The position numbers and the translations under genes are program-made. Shown in pieces: positions 13,110 to 26,172 of a stretch of DNA of 64,000 nt. Each line of letters opens with the position of its first letter. The first letter of the stretch is position 1. Origin of the DNA: Trichosphaerium sp. ATCC 40318 (Eukaryota; Protista; Tubulinea); NCBI GenBank assembly GCA_038496445.1, contig JALMLS010000577.1:62001-126000 (forward strand), read 5' to 3'. The notes below the pieces were generated by a model. That model did not search any database and was not told the DNA's origin. It saw only the letters and a list, made by a program, of their open reading frames with translations.

Positions 13110-14564
13110 TTAAGCGCCACCTTCAGTGCCATTGATAGTAGCAAGGCTGTTCAAGATGCTTACATTATTAACAGCGCTAATAGTGGTGCCAGAGTAAGTG
13201 CACAATCCGCTTGTCTCATTGACTGCAACGGATGTGGCAAAAGGGAATGGATCTCCTCCCTTTTCACCCTCTTCAAAAGGCTCATCACCAGTCTTCTCAT
13301 AACGCATGATAAATTGAGTACCAGGAGTACCACGAACAGCGAAAATGTAGGTTCTGTCGAGCAATGGTCTGCGAGAGGTCATTTGGAGTTGGATCTGGTT
13401 ACATTGGGTGTTTGAGACAATATCATCATCGTCATCAATATCGTAAAGTTGGTCGCGTGAAGCAAATCCACTAAAAAGGGGAAAAATATTAACAAAAAAA
13501 AACCTTCAAAAAAAAAGAAAAAGAGACGACATACCATCTATCACTGTCTCCGAGTTTTCTGAAATTGAACTCAATTGGGCATCTTGCTTCTAATAAAAGC
13601 GTAAGCCCAAGTAAAGACTAAAGAAAAGGCGCCTATCACAGACACGAACAACGGAAAAAAAAAAAAAAAAACTGGAAAAAAACGTAATCTTGTTAGATTT
13701 CTAATGTGTACGTACCAGGACAATCGTTCATTACCCAGTAGATACTGCTAACATTGAAAGGTTGTTCAGGGTCCTTTGCCAAGATACTTCTGGCGACGTT
13801 TTCACGTTGATCCTTATCAGTTGAAGCAGAAACGTTACGTGTGTCAATAAAGAAACGAACTGTAACACGTCTGTCAGTATCCTTTGCTCCCTTGTTTAAC
13901 CTCTCGTAAAAGTAACGGAAGCATGAACATTGGTTGTTTACATCAACTAGAGAACAAAACAAATCAATAAAAAGGGATTGTGTATTGTTACCGGAGAAAG
14001 TATAAAAAAAACCGGCGCGTAGATGTTAAAAAAATGGCTACGCATTGTTGCCGACGCGTAAAAACATTGGCACTTTTTTGCGTAAGTGGATTTTAGGGTC
14101 GTGTTAGTTTCTTAGGATTGATCCTCATCTTTTTTTTTTGACTGTTTAACGTTGCTAAACGTACCTTGGCGGGTGCCATTAATCCACTGCTGTGTTTCAG
14201 TAAGAAATTCTTGCTCACAACGACCACCAGGTTCTCCCTCGCGAACGCAAAAAGCTGGTATGGTGTACCTGAAAGCGAAATAAGATTTTTTGTTTGTTCC
14301 TACCCTTTTTGTCTTTTATTGTAGCCGTACGTGCGGAACTCTCCATCGGTAGGTGCTTCAGAGATAATACTTGGGTCTCCTGCTGGGATGCCGTCTGTGA
14401 CTGCGAATGGTGTCTTAGCGCACTGCGCAAAGGTCCTATCGCTATCTGTGAATATAGCGCCTAAAGATCTTGTAAACAAACAAAAAGGCCGGCTTCTACA
14501 CTAAAAAATTACCTGTGACGGCAACCATAACCAAGAGGGAAATGGCGAGAGTATTCAGGTGCAT
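13110..14564 (-). CDS. Uncharacterised secreted protein (multi-exon)
   Basis: Signal-peptide-like exon 1 (MHLNTLAISLLVMVAVT). GT-AG-linked exons continue through ORFs 13693..13962 and 13110..13382, with several Cys and N-x-S/T sequons. Confidence 0.6.
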
Positions 14565-14692
14565 GTTTAAAGTCCGTGATACGTGATGTGATTTGGCCAG
14601 GCAAAATCCTTTACAGAATGTCGCCCAAGACCCGATACCCGAATTTTTTTTGCTTCTTTCTTTTATTTATTTACTGTACAAAACTTTTAGCG

Positions 14693-15750
14693 CTAATTTC
14701 CATGGTTGTTCTTTCTGGACCGTGTCCTTTTGGGCTTTGCTCCAACTTGTGCGTTATTTGAACCACCTAATCCCACGCTCTGTTTCTACAGTACGCATTA
14801 GAAATGCAAGAGTGGTTAAGGAGCAGGACGGTACCTCCTCTTGAAATATGAACATCCATCCTCCCTCACTCTCTCCGGACATTTGTGCTAATCTCCAACC
14901 ACGCTTGTGCATGTTATGTAATACCTAGATCACGTGAGAAGCGGGCAAATCTAAAATCGATGCGATGACGTGACGAAAAAACAAAAAGCATCATACCTCA
15001 TCTATACATTGATAACAATTATTTTCGCGGCTTTGTAGCGTTACAGGCTGTGTAAGGCCCTGCCAGGATAAATTGTTGTAGTTGGTATTCTCATTATACC
15101 GTAGCACAGCAAACGTCCTGTCTGCCTTTACTTGCTGTTGTTTACGGATGCTCTCCACTAGTTGGGTGATGCCAAAGTAATCCGCTTCAACTGCCAGCTG
15201 TTCTTGCACATCCTTGGGAAAGCTTGGAAGACTTCTAGTTCGTAACCAGTTGAGTATATGTCTAAACGTTGGGCCGTCTCTGTCCAGAAAGTAATGACCT
15301 TCTTTGTCCTTGTAAATAGCATGCCTTCCACTAAACATAGCCTCTAGCATAGTTCTAACTGTAAGTGAGTAACGAGTAGCGGAGATAGTAAAAAAAACGT
15401 GCCCTGGAATTGAGCATAAAGTGTCAGTTGTAGTTTGGTACAATACCCCACCGACGTTTAGAGTTACCACTTCGCATGGTTCTAGTGGTAATAGTTGGAA
15501 AACCAGCTGTAGAAAATCAAAAAAGTCGTTACTTGCCTTCATTGTATTTCTGTCGTTGGTTTGTCGCCTTTTGTACCGCTGCGAGGCGTTGTATCTGTTC
15601 TCGAAGCATAGACATCATTTCGTTTATTTTATTGTCTGCATTTTGTTTGTACCGCGTCTGGATCCTCTGAGCTTCATTTTTCTGTTTTACAAGTTCAGTA
15701 ACTTGCTCCTGTATTTGATTAAACACCACACTCAAGTCATTGTCACCCAT
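14693..15750 (-). CDS. Coiled-coil plus BTB/POZ (KCTD/T1-type) domain protein
   Basis: VVTLNVGGVLYQTTTDTL...MLEAMFSGR...YFLDRDGPTFRHILNWLR...EADYFGI is the classic KCTD BTB. N-terminal coiled coil in ORF 15529..15750. Confidence 0.9.
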
Positions 15751-15944
15751 AGCCGCTACAAGCCAAATACACCGTTATACAAAAGAATACAGCCATTTTA
15801 TTTGAAAAAAAAATGCTTTTTATGACTTAGTTGAACAAATACTACACCCAATGTGCTGCAAAGCAAACAACGAAAGAAAAACGTGTTAACAGTGTCAATA
15901 AATTATAATTAGCAATTTTATTATTATTGTACAGGCTACTTTCT

Positions 15945-16960
15945 CTAAAACATGTCATCATTGTCACTGTCAGAATCTAGTAAAAATGATTGCGCAGCTG
16001 GTGACGGTTCATCTTCTAAAACCACATGGTAAATTAATTAAAAAGTAGTTAAAACAATACATACCACTAACAAACGCTTTGGTAATAATATTTATAGCAC
16101 ATGCTGCAGCAAGCATAGCACCTTTGGTGGCAAAACAGTTAGCAAAAAAAAAAAAAAAAGACATTTCTAGATTTTAAAGATGAGTGGTTCCTGTACTTAC
16201 AAAGTGCTATCCATACTAGAATTGTGAATATTGTGTACAGTCTACGCTTCGCTTCTGCATTGTCAATGTCCTTACGTGTGACATTCAAGTACGTCAACTT
16301 TAAGTCATCATTCCTTTTTCAAATGTCAGTTTCAAAAAGATAGTCAAGATCATTGTTTGTTGTACAGTGAGGATGGAGGATATAGCGTTGGTTCATTAGC
16401 ATAGAAACAAGGTACTGTTGAGTCAAATGTCACAGATTGTAGAGTAACCTTATGAAGAGTTATTAGGTCATCAAGTAAAAGCCTTAAACATACTTGTGCT
16501 TCTTCTTTCGTTTGGAAACCGGCGTAACCGAAGTCACCTAAAACAGCACCAGCGTCCGTTGCATTAAATTTGCCAACCTTCAATATCGTTACCTACACAC
16601 GTAAGTCTTTTGACGTTGATTCCCCAAAAACCCACCAAAAACATGGCACGGTATTTTAAGCGCTCGGAACCTCCGCCCACTCGTCTGTTGAGCTCTTGAA
16701 GAGTTGAATTTCTAACATAGCACATTCCCTGTAATTTTTAAGCATCTTAGCACTTCAAATACGCATTACCTGCTCTCTGGATATCTTTGACGCGTAATAT
16801 GGGCTATTTCTACAAAGCTCATTTAATACTAAGGCTACAAGGTTTTAAAGCAATGCGTCGCGTACCTGTCAACTGCAAAGGATGTAATTACAACAGCCGC
16901 AAGTAATATTAGTACAGAAATAAATAATAGACCACAGACTGTTACACGATTATAGTTCAT
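15945..16960 (-). CDS. Uncharacterised two-TM membrane protein
   Basis: N-terminal TM (VCGLLFISVLILLAAVVITSF), a luminal part in ORF 16350..16583, a second TM (LYTIFTILVWIAL/GAMLAAACAINII) and an acidic tail ending DSDSDNDDMF*. Confidence 0.6.
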
Positions 16961-17215
16961 CGCATGCGAAGCGGTGTATGTAAATAGCGGCAACAAAGCA
17001 CGATCTTAACACACAATCTCACAAAGTTAAGGCATAAAACATTTGACACAATACATCTTGAAATGTATAAATTTCTACAAGGATAAATCTGTCAACGTCA
17101 TTTTATTTACGTTATACAGGGTAATTGAATGCGCCTTAGGTGTATACAAAACAAACTAATAATAAACGCAAGCACCAGAGTGTGTGTACAAAATTGATTT
17201 ATTTTATTATGGAAT

Positions 17216-17964
17216 TTAAGCAACAAGAGCGGAAGCAGTCTTGGAGTTGCTATAAAAATTGTTAGAAACGAAATACAAACGGTGAGGTAAATTATCAAAA
17301 AACGCACTATTTCCATGTGGTAGGGAGCACATTTGTTCTTTGGTAGTAACGAGCCAAACGACGGGTACGTGACTCAGTCAATACGAGCCTAAAAAACGTG
17401 TAAATAATCGTGTTTTTTTTGTTTTTGTCAGTTTTTGTTTGTCTTTTTTTGGGTTTGAGAAATGTACCTGAAGAAAGCATCAGTATCGTTTCTGTTCTTT
17501 TCCAAATGTTTGCGGATAGATACAGCCTTCTTGATGAGGTGGTACAAGTCCTCAGGAATTTCAGGAGCAAGACCTGCAATGCGTTGTTTAGCGTGTGTTT
17601 ATGCATATCGCGATGTGCTTAGTGCAAAATAATACGAACCATTGGCTTTAAGAATACGAAGGATTGTTGTGCCTGTTACGCTCTTTACGCGGCCCACACC
17701 ATGTGAATCTCTAAGAATTTCACCAATTTGTGATGGAGAAAGACCTTTTCTCGCTAGTTTACAGATATGTTCAGCGACGTCTTCAGGCGCGATTTTGAGC
17801 CATGAAGGTGGTGCACGCTTGAATGGTTTGATTGAACCTGAGATTCCCTTGCTAATAGCTCCATTAGACGCGTTCAAAGGAAAAACGGTATAAATGTGTG
17901 TAATTAACACAGAAAGGGTCGCTTGTGGTATTGGTACTTACCCGTGTGAGTGTAGGCGGCCCAT
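17216..17964 (-). CDS. RPS13: 40S ribosomal protein S13 (uS15), 5 exons
   Basis: Spliced protein: [18 protein letters not shown]...[17 protein letters not shown]...[30 protein letters not shown].../[15 protein letters not shown]...[13 protein letters not shown]. Confidence 0.97.
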
Positions 17965-18208
17965 CTGAAGAAAAATTAGCGATATGACAAACGTGCGTTG
18001 ACCTGAAAAATTTACGAGATTTTTTCCCCCACTCTACACAGGTTTTTTTTTTCAATTATTTATTTACTTTGTACACCGTATATACAACGCATACGCGCGT
18101 GTATGACATATTTACACAATGGTTGTTGGACTTTTAGCGCCACCGAGCCACACCTGTTCTTGCGGTACCCATTTAATGTCTAGGTCGGTATTTAGAGCTT
18201 TAAATTTG

Positions 18209-20448
18209 TTATTTGAGCGTACGTTTGGTGGAGTCGACTTCTACAATAGTAGAGTCCACTTCTGCGACATTTGATGCTGGCATAGGATGCTCGTCATCTT
18301 TAGGCTTTTTCTTTTTCTTATCTAGGTCTGATCGTTCAAAGTACAGCCAGTACACAATGTAGAGGCTTGTCATTGCAAATACCATCACGCAATACACGAA
18401 TCCCCCTGCCCAAAACACTTGAAGGTTCTTCCTGAGTTGAGAATAAGCTTTTGAATTGACAAGAACATCAACGTACGGCATATCCTCGCACAGAGATACC
18501 ATTATAGTGTCTATGCCCTTTTCGGCCACATGACAATTAACGAGTGGTATAATGGTGTCTTCCACAGCCGTTATTAGCGTCTGCACTTCCCCGACTTGGT
18601 CCACAACGGTTTCGGCTATTTCTCGTGCATCGTCGTATGAGCAATTAGTGGCACAATCTCTGATGGTTATATTCTTGCTCGTGTACGTAATACTTGCGCC
18701 GGAGCCGCAAGTAGCAAAAGCCTCAGCAACTGACTAAAAGCAAGTAAGCGAAAACTGTTTACGTGCTTCTCGAAACCGTACGTTGATGGCGTTACCATCG
18801 CAAAACACTCTATCCTCTGTCACTTCCTATTCCACACGTAAGGCAATTGAAGTTATGGGAATTCGCGGTTTGCACTACGTACAAAATCTAAGACGTTATC
18901 GAGTGTTAGGTTATCGCATTTCTCTGGTCTACACGGATTTGTGGTTCTGGTACAGAACTCTTGCTCGAGTTCCTTACATTTCTTTACCAGCTCAGCATCC
19001 ACTAGAGTCTCAATCTCTTTCTAAACTTACAGTGAGAAGCCGTGGTACGGAAGTATCGTGTAACGCGTACAACAAAGTCTGTATCTGTCAGTTGAGAACA
19101 AACAGCGTCAAGGGGACTGTCATGTTTCAATACTACTCTAACTTCTTCACATCCGACGCGGTTTGCGGTCTAATATGATTAAGCCTTGAATAAACCCAAA
19201 TACGGGACGACATACCTCCACTACGAAGAACAGACTTACAATAATCCAAGCAATGAAAGCCCAGGCAAGTAGCATCGCACCAAACCTGTTGAAAGAGTAA
19301 GCAGGTGCAGTGCAATTGCTTTTTGCTGGAAATAGCCACGTACATCATAAACACCCAGCTAGGAGGGTTGAGGTGAATGCAAATCACGCTAGCTACTATT
19401 ATGAACACCGGGAGGATAAAGAAGATGACCATCGTGTACTCTCTGGAGGAATAGATTTAGCATCCTATTTTTTTCCCGTCTTTTGATGTTCAGCGTACCT
19501 CACTTTGTTCCACTTTTTGGCCTGTGTTGAAACGTCATTCGCTTTTACATTTGCGTCTTCTATCTTAACAGATACTTCATCTACGATGGAGACATATACA
19601 GTCTAAGATATGTTTAATAAAGTGGTTACAGGTTGTTTTTTCTCGTTTGAGCACAAACCTTATTGAATTCTGTAAACTCAGGTAGATCCATAATATTCGC
19701 TCGTATTGCCACGAGTTGGTTACGGACTCCGAAGATAGTGTCATCTACTGTATCAGCAGAGTTGAGAATACTTGTTGTGATACCCCAGTTACTTATAATG
19801 CATACCAAAAGAGGTAAACTACACGTGGTAAGCAACGTCTCGAGAAAATACAAAAGATGATTTTTCTGTCGTACACAAACAGTATAGCTCCGAGCCATGT
19901 AAAAAATTTAATCTTCTTCATTCTCTTTTTGTAGAAACCTGGGTTTATAGCGCGTGTATGGTGCCTTGAGCATTTTCTGCAACATACTAAGACATGTTAG
20001 ATTTGGACTGATTTTTTTTTTTTCGTGACTTACTACAAGCGCAGCATACTACGCATGAAAATATAACTGTCAAGATAGCACAAACAAGTACTATGATAAG
20101 GATTGGGTTCAAAAATCTCGTCTATTTCAAAAACTGTTAGGAATAGGAGTAGGAACATTTATACGAAAGTGTTGCGTTAGAATATGCTAAAAATACATTG
20201 ATGGAAATAATCATAAAAAAAAGTGTCGTTTCGTTTTCGTGATTTTTTTGAATCTTTCAAATAATTGAATATCTTTCTTTCCATGTTGTTTTAATGCATA
20301 CCTTGGCTTCTTCTATAAGATTGCAATTGCCAATGTTAGCTGTAATTGTTTGATTGCCAACAAGTCCACATAACCGTGTTCCGTTGCACGACACTATGCA
20401 TTGTAGAGATATCCACAAAACAATCGCTAAAGCGGTGCCTCGATGCAT
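18209..20448 (-). CDS. Multi-pass membrane protein with signal peptide (tweety/prominin-like architecture)
   Basis: Signal peptide MHRGTALAIVLWISLQCIVSC, several TM segments, Cys-containing helical luminal loops and a final TM followed by a basic tail (ORF 18209..18604). The family call is by architecture only. Confidence 0.55.
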
Positions 20449-21051
20449 ATGATGCGAACGGCAAAAAATATAACAAAAAACCTAAGTAGTAACTTAAAAT
20501 GCGGAGTTATTTATACAACCACTGTCATTTGCTTGTTTGGAGCAATTGTGATGCACCAATATGTTTCATTTGTGCCTAAAATTAGAAAGAGGAAGTTGAG
20601 TGTGATTGTATCTTTTTTAACCAAGAATACTCCAAAATGAGCACACAAGCCACACATTGAGGAAAAGAAGTTATTGTTCGTCGGAACGAATGTAGATAAT
20701 ACGAAAAACTAAACGCAAACTGCTTTTGGCGGTGCTTTCAGTTTTTTTGCAATTGGTGACATCATCAGGTCACTGACTTACTACTTATAGCAGAAAGAGT
20801 TTTTAATAAACAGTGCATAATTTGTACAATAGAATATAGCAAGCAGTAACGTAGTTTGTTAATCCAAAAAACCAATTTTTTTTGGTATTGATTGGACTGA
20901 AACATTCCTGGATATCCAGGACAAAGATTAGAGTACAGAGTCGTTGTAAGTATTATATAAAGTGTTCCACATCAATGTACCAGATCTGTAAGCGGTGGCT
21001 TAAGACGATGATAACTGAGAGGAGGTACAAGTCAATTAACTATGGCAGAAA

Positions 21052-23546
21052 TCACATGCCGCTGTACTGTGGTCCTACAAACTGGTCTTAGTATTCAAAC
21101 TAGATATATCATTGTAGCTACTTACCACCACTGCCTTCAGGTGTAGTCCATTTTATGTTTTGTGTTGGGTCTTTAATATCACAAGTCTTGCAATGCAAGC
21201 AATTTTGAGCATTAATCACGAATTTTGGCTTTCCTTGTTCATCTTCTACCCACTCGTACACCTTTGCTGGACAGTATCGCGCTTCAGGTCCCTATTGTAT
21301 AGAGTTAATACAAATATATCTTTGGAGTATTTGCGTACACCAAATTTTTTGTAAGTGACATCTAATGCCTTGGCATCGTCAACAAGTTTTAGATGTGCGG
21401 GTTGATTTTCAGCATGGTTTGTGCCACTTCTTTGTAGATTAGTCAAAATGTCAAATGTAAGCTTGCCATCAGGCTTTGGGTAATCAATAGGTTTACAATC
21501 CTTAGCCGGCTTGAGTTGAGCATGATCACCACCCTACACACGGTAAGCAAACAAAAAAGTCAAAAAGAAAATAGGTTAGTAAAATCTGCTTACCTTGTGA
21601 TGGTCCAGTGTCCAAGGCTCCTTACCACCTGTAAAGAACCAGTGCGCTCCTGTGTATAACATACCACCATATGTGCCAAATTTAGACCATGCTGGATGTA
21701 TGTTACGGACTCTAGAGTAGCGTACTATTAAACCAAGTGGTAACCGAAATAACAAAGAAAAGGGGTAACGTACTTTTTGAGCTCTTCAAATACCCATGAC
21801 TCTTTAAGATTTTTCTCGTATGCGTCGAGTACCATGCCTTTTCTCTGGTCTTCCTTTGTACCATGTATAGCTGCATAAGCGGCCTCACCAGATACGATAC
21901 CTGACTTCATAGCAGTATGACTTCCTTTAATTTTAGGCACATTGAGGAGCCCAGCAGAGCATCCAAGTAGTGCACCACCTGGGAAAACCAGTTTTGGTAT
22001 GGATTGATAACCACCTTCGTTCAATGCCCTTAAAACCAAGTATTAACAAATCAATATTACATTAAACCATTTACCTGGCACCATAACCAATTGGCTTACC
22101 GCCTTCAAAAAGCTCTGCAAAGTGAGGATGTGTCTTGAGTCGCTAAAAATAAAAAACTCAGTTCAATCCTTTTTTGCGGTGGAATGGCCTTTTTTGAGGT
22201 CCATTTAGGTCACTTGCCTGCATTTCCATGTATGGATTCAAATACGGGTTCTGGTAATCAAGGCCAACAACATAGCCAAAGTTGACCTTGTTGTCATCCC
22301 AGTGATAAGCAAATGATCCAGCCCAAGTTTTTCCATCATTAACAGGCCATCCAATAGTATGATTCACTAATCCCTTTTGAAACTTCTCGGGTTGCACCTC
22401 CCACACCTTTTTTTACAGTGGTTACACAAAATCAATAGTAAAGTTATAATAAAGGTAAGGTTATACCTCTTTAATACCAATACCATATGCTTGTGGTTGT
22501 GAATTTGCGTCTAGTTTATACTTGCTCATGACATCCTTGCTGCATGATCCACGACAACCTTCAGCGAAAAGCGTTATAGGTGCCTTGAGTTCCATACCAC
22601 GCATGAAGTTATCCTAGATGAAAAAACCATCAAAGTTAGGTGACACAAAAACACGTGATGTTACAAACATACTGTAGGGTTTCCATCTTTGCCTATGCCA
22701 GCATCGCCTGTGGCAATACCTGTGACGACACCATCGTCATATAGTACTTCAGATGCAGCGTATCCAGGGAAGATATCGACGCCCAATTCTTCGGCTTGCT
22801 CGCCCATCCATTCACAAAGATTACCAAGACTTATTATGTAGTTTCCATGATTCCTGATTTCTGAAAACATACTAGTAAGCACATCATCAAGAAATTCTTT
22901 AGGTTACCTGGAATTGTTGGTAATGGTATCTTGTTCTTTTCTGTCAAAAAGTACATTGCCTCAGATGACACTTCAGTAGAAACTGGTGCCTAAACGTTAC
23001 AAGTAAGTGTCAGTTCAGTTCGGATTTTGGAAGATAACGAATAAATGATAAAAGTGTTGTGTTGGTTATCACGTCTATTTGCTTACACCCTTTTCTTTCC
23101 AGTCTGGTATAAGCTCATTCAATGCTCTAGGTTCTAGTACAGCTCCAGAAAGAATTTGGCGCCCTTTGTGGTGTTACTTATCATTTTCGAAACTAAATAG
23201 CGTTGAGCTGCGTACCAACTTCCGGGGCCTTTTCAACGAGCGCTACGGACGTGTCTGTACCGTGTTTTTCGTCCAGTTGTTTTATACGTATAGCGGCAGA
23301 TAAACCTGCTGGTCCGGCGCCCACAATTACGACCTGTATGATGGCGTTATCAGTACCCGAAGTGAGTTGAACTACAAAACGTTTATTCTAAAATCGTCGT
23401 ACGTCGCTCTCATCCGCCTCCCTTGGTTCCTTCATGGCGTCTGCCAAGCTAGAAGCGCATCTAAGGTGACGTTTACTTTTAACAGTCCGTTGCGTATGAA
23501 CGCGTTGCAATCTGCTACAAGGAGCAGCACGCACTAATCTAATCAT
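21052..23546 (-). CDS. ETFDH: Electron transfer flavoprotein-ubiquinone oxidoreductase, mitochondrial
   Basis: [19 protein letters not shown]-binding motif, [56 protein letters not shown], and the 4Fe-4S motif CPAKVYE...[16 protein letters not shown]. Ends GPQYSGM*. Confidence 0.97.
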
Positions 23547-23889
23547 TCTAATTTGAATTTCCTCTCGCTTACGGAAGAAAACGAGACTTAACAAGTCATC
23601 ACTGGCATGCTATGTCACCACTGGGTTTAGTCCCAACCGCGTACAAACAAAAGTCCAAACAGCGTTGCAGAATTTACGTCTCGCAAAACGTGACACCCAA
23701 AAACACTGACAGATTTATTGCTTCGTGGTGCAATACAAGTTTTGTACAAGAGCTATCCGTTTTAACTCCCTTTGTTCAAGAGCCACTCCTAAACTACTAT
23801 ACAAAACAAGGTAGGACGTCGGTGAAGTCTTCAAAAGCACCAACCATGAAGGTGATCTCTGCCCCATTTTTTATTCAAGTTCCAAAGTC

Positions 23890-26013
23890 TTAAGCAAGTC
23901 CTCCTGAGCGTATTCTTTCCTCAGCCTCTTCCATAGTTTCTCCAAACTTGATTTCGTAATTTCTCCTTGACAGCTCCATAATATTGTTGTCTTTTCTGCG
24001 CTGTCCCTGCATCTGCTGTTGTACAGCAGCGCTATCAACAGCATCCAAATATCGTTTCTTTGCCATACTTTCATTGAATTCTTTAAAAAACATTTATTAG
24101 AAGTAATATCAAAAAAAAAAAAAAAACATAAGTTGTGTGACTGCAGTACCTTCCATTAGCTCATTGTTACCCTGTGCTTGTGCTCGTAGTGCCCTCTCGT
24201 ACTTCATTTCATCACGTATTTCGCCCAGTGCATCCTTGGTAGGACTGTATTCATTTATTTCTATCCTTTGTGTGCCTGGGTTACGCCATATCCAAGAATC
24301 GTCATTTCTTGTTACTAGGAAAGGTATTTTCGTTGGAGGTAATAGCAAGTCTGGGCTTATTAATACATCTTTGATACTAGTAGGTCCCCAGTATAAACTT
24401 TTTTGAAAAATAGTAATATTAGTACTTGAGAGTCTTCTTAACAAAAAATATAAAAAGGGTAGCGCACTTGTTATGATGTTCCAATGCTTGAGCAGCTCTA
24501 ATTTGCGCCCTACGAAAGAAATACATTTCATATGGTCTTGGTTCTCGTAATCCATAAGGGAATGGGGTGATCAGTACTGAATCTGGATTTCTGTACTTTA
24601 GTATTTGTTAGTAATCATACTCCTCTAGAGCGCTCTGCGCGTATCATTCAAGGTAAATGTGTTGACTTTTTCTACCAGCAAACACCAAAATTTTGGTGAC
24701 ATTTTTTTTTAAATCACGAATTTTTTTTACTTTTTGAATGATACGGCGTTATATAATAAATAACTCACCTTATCTTGTATAGACACCCGTTTTCTGGTCC
24801 ACCACTCAGTATGTTGGTAGGGTGCTTCAGCTAAAAACGAATTTAAGCATTTGTTTCGTGATTTGAGTTGTAACATCGAAAAAAACGCCAAACCGCCTGC
24901 GTACCGTTGTGGGCTCCAGTCAGCACTGCGATAGCTTCTGGTGATATACCTTCCCATGCATTAGCTTTTTCTGTATAATACTGCATGTGTTGTAGTTAAT
25001 AAAAGACACAAAGTAAACCGAGTTGCTTACATCAGGAAAATTGAATGCACCAACAGGATCAGATGATGTTAAATGTTTCTTCATTCTTTCCACGTTGAGA
25101 TCAGCTTTTTTAAAAGGATTGCTAGTATTTCTACCCAAAGACTGTTAGATAATAAAACCATCCAGCAATGAACAAATAGGGTGTTTCCAGTAAAAATGGA
25201 AAAGACAAACAAAAAAAAATTGACATTTTCATACCTGTAAACGGCATTTGGATCCAATCCGTATACCTCTCCAATATAATCTTTCTCCTGTATTGTGAGT
25301 GTATCCAGATCTTTTATCATATGTTTAAGGTATTCATTATCAGGTGGGATTTCTTCAAAAGCTCTGCAATGACAAGTCAGGTTAGATTCAAATCATGAAA
25401 ATAAATCTCATCTTCTTACAGTGCTCGTGCTTTTTTACACAATGTAAGGTACGGAGTAGATAGTAATAAATCCATTGCTTGTGAAGAGCCCTTGCCGTAA
25501 CCAACAGCCAAAGGATAGACGTTTAAAACTTGTCAAGAGTGAGAAACGATAAAGACAGGTGTCAGTTATTCGCGCGTACATGCTGTAAAGAATAATTTCC
25601 AGATACTGTGGTAGTATGACCGTTTCCCTCGAGAAAAAGTCCAAACTAGATAGAATTTAGGCGCTGGACGGGTATGAAAGTACGTACAAGCTACAGAAGC
25701 AGTAAATCCGCATGCCCAGTACTGTAAAGCTTTTGTCCATTGCAATTCGTTACAATGCATTACGAGAACGCGCTCTGGCCACGAAAGATAGTATTTTGAT
25801 TCCCTAAATTCACTTAGCAAAAAACGTCACCATTGTGCATACATACTCAAGCCATATGTGTAATTTGGTAAACATCGCTCTTACAGCGCCTCGAGACATA
25901 CTTTTGAAAGCAGGGTTTTTAATTGCCGGGAATGCTTTAAAAATCGTTGGTCGGTCTTCTCTCATGCGCCTGTAGTGCAATGCCATCTTTCGACGGTCTG
26001 CTGGAGAATACAT
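23890..26013 (-). CDS. Uncharacterised multi-exon protein with probable TM segments and a C-terminal coiled coil
   Basis: Chain of minus-strand ORFs separated by GT-AG introns. I recognised no family, and the start is uncertain. Confidence 0.55.
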
Positions 26014-26172
26014 TTTTGTAGGCTATCGTCGTAGTGCTAGGCGTATGGACGTGCTGTGTGTACGTTGGGCTTGCTTGGTGGTTGATCAAGAACAAAAGTT
26101 ACGTTAACTTAAGGCACTTTTCTGTTCTGATAACTGGCAATCGCTTTACAGCATGCTACAAGTGTTAGTTGG

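Noticed and set aside
17852-17942. Intronic snoRNA in RPS13 (as for vertebrate U14)
   Set aside because: The introns are short and lack C/D or H/ACA boxes.
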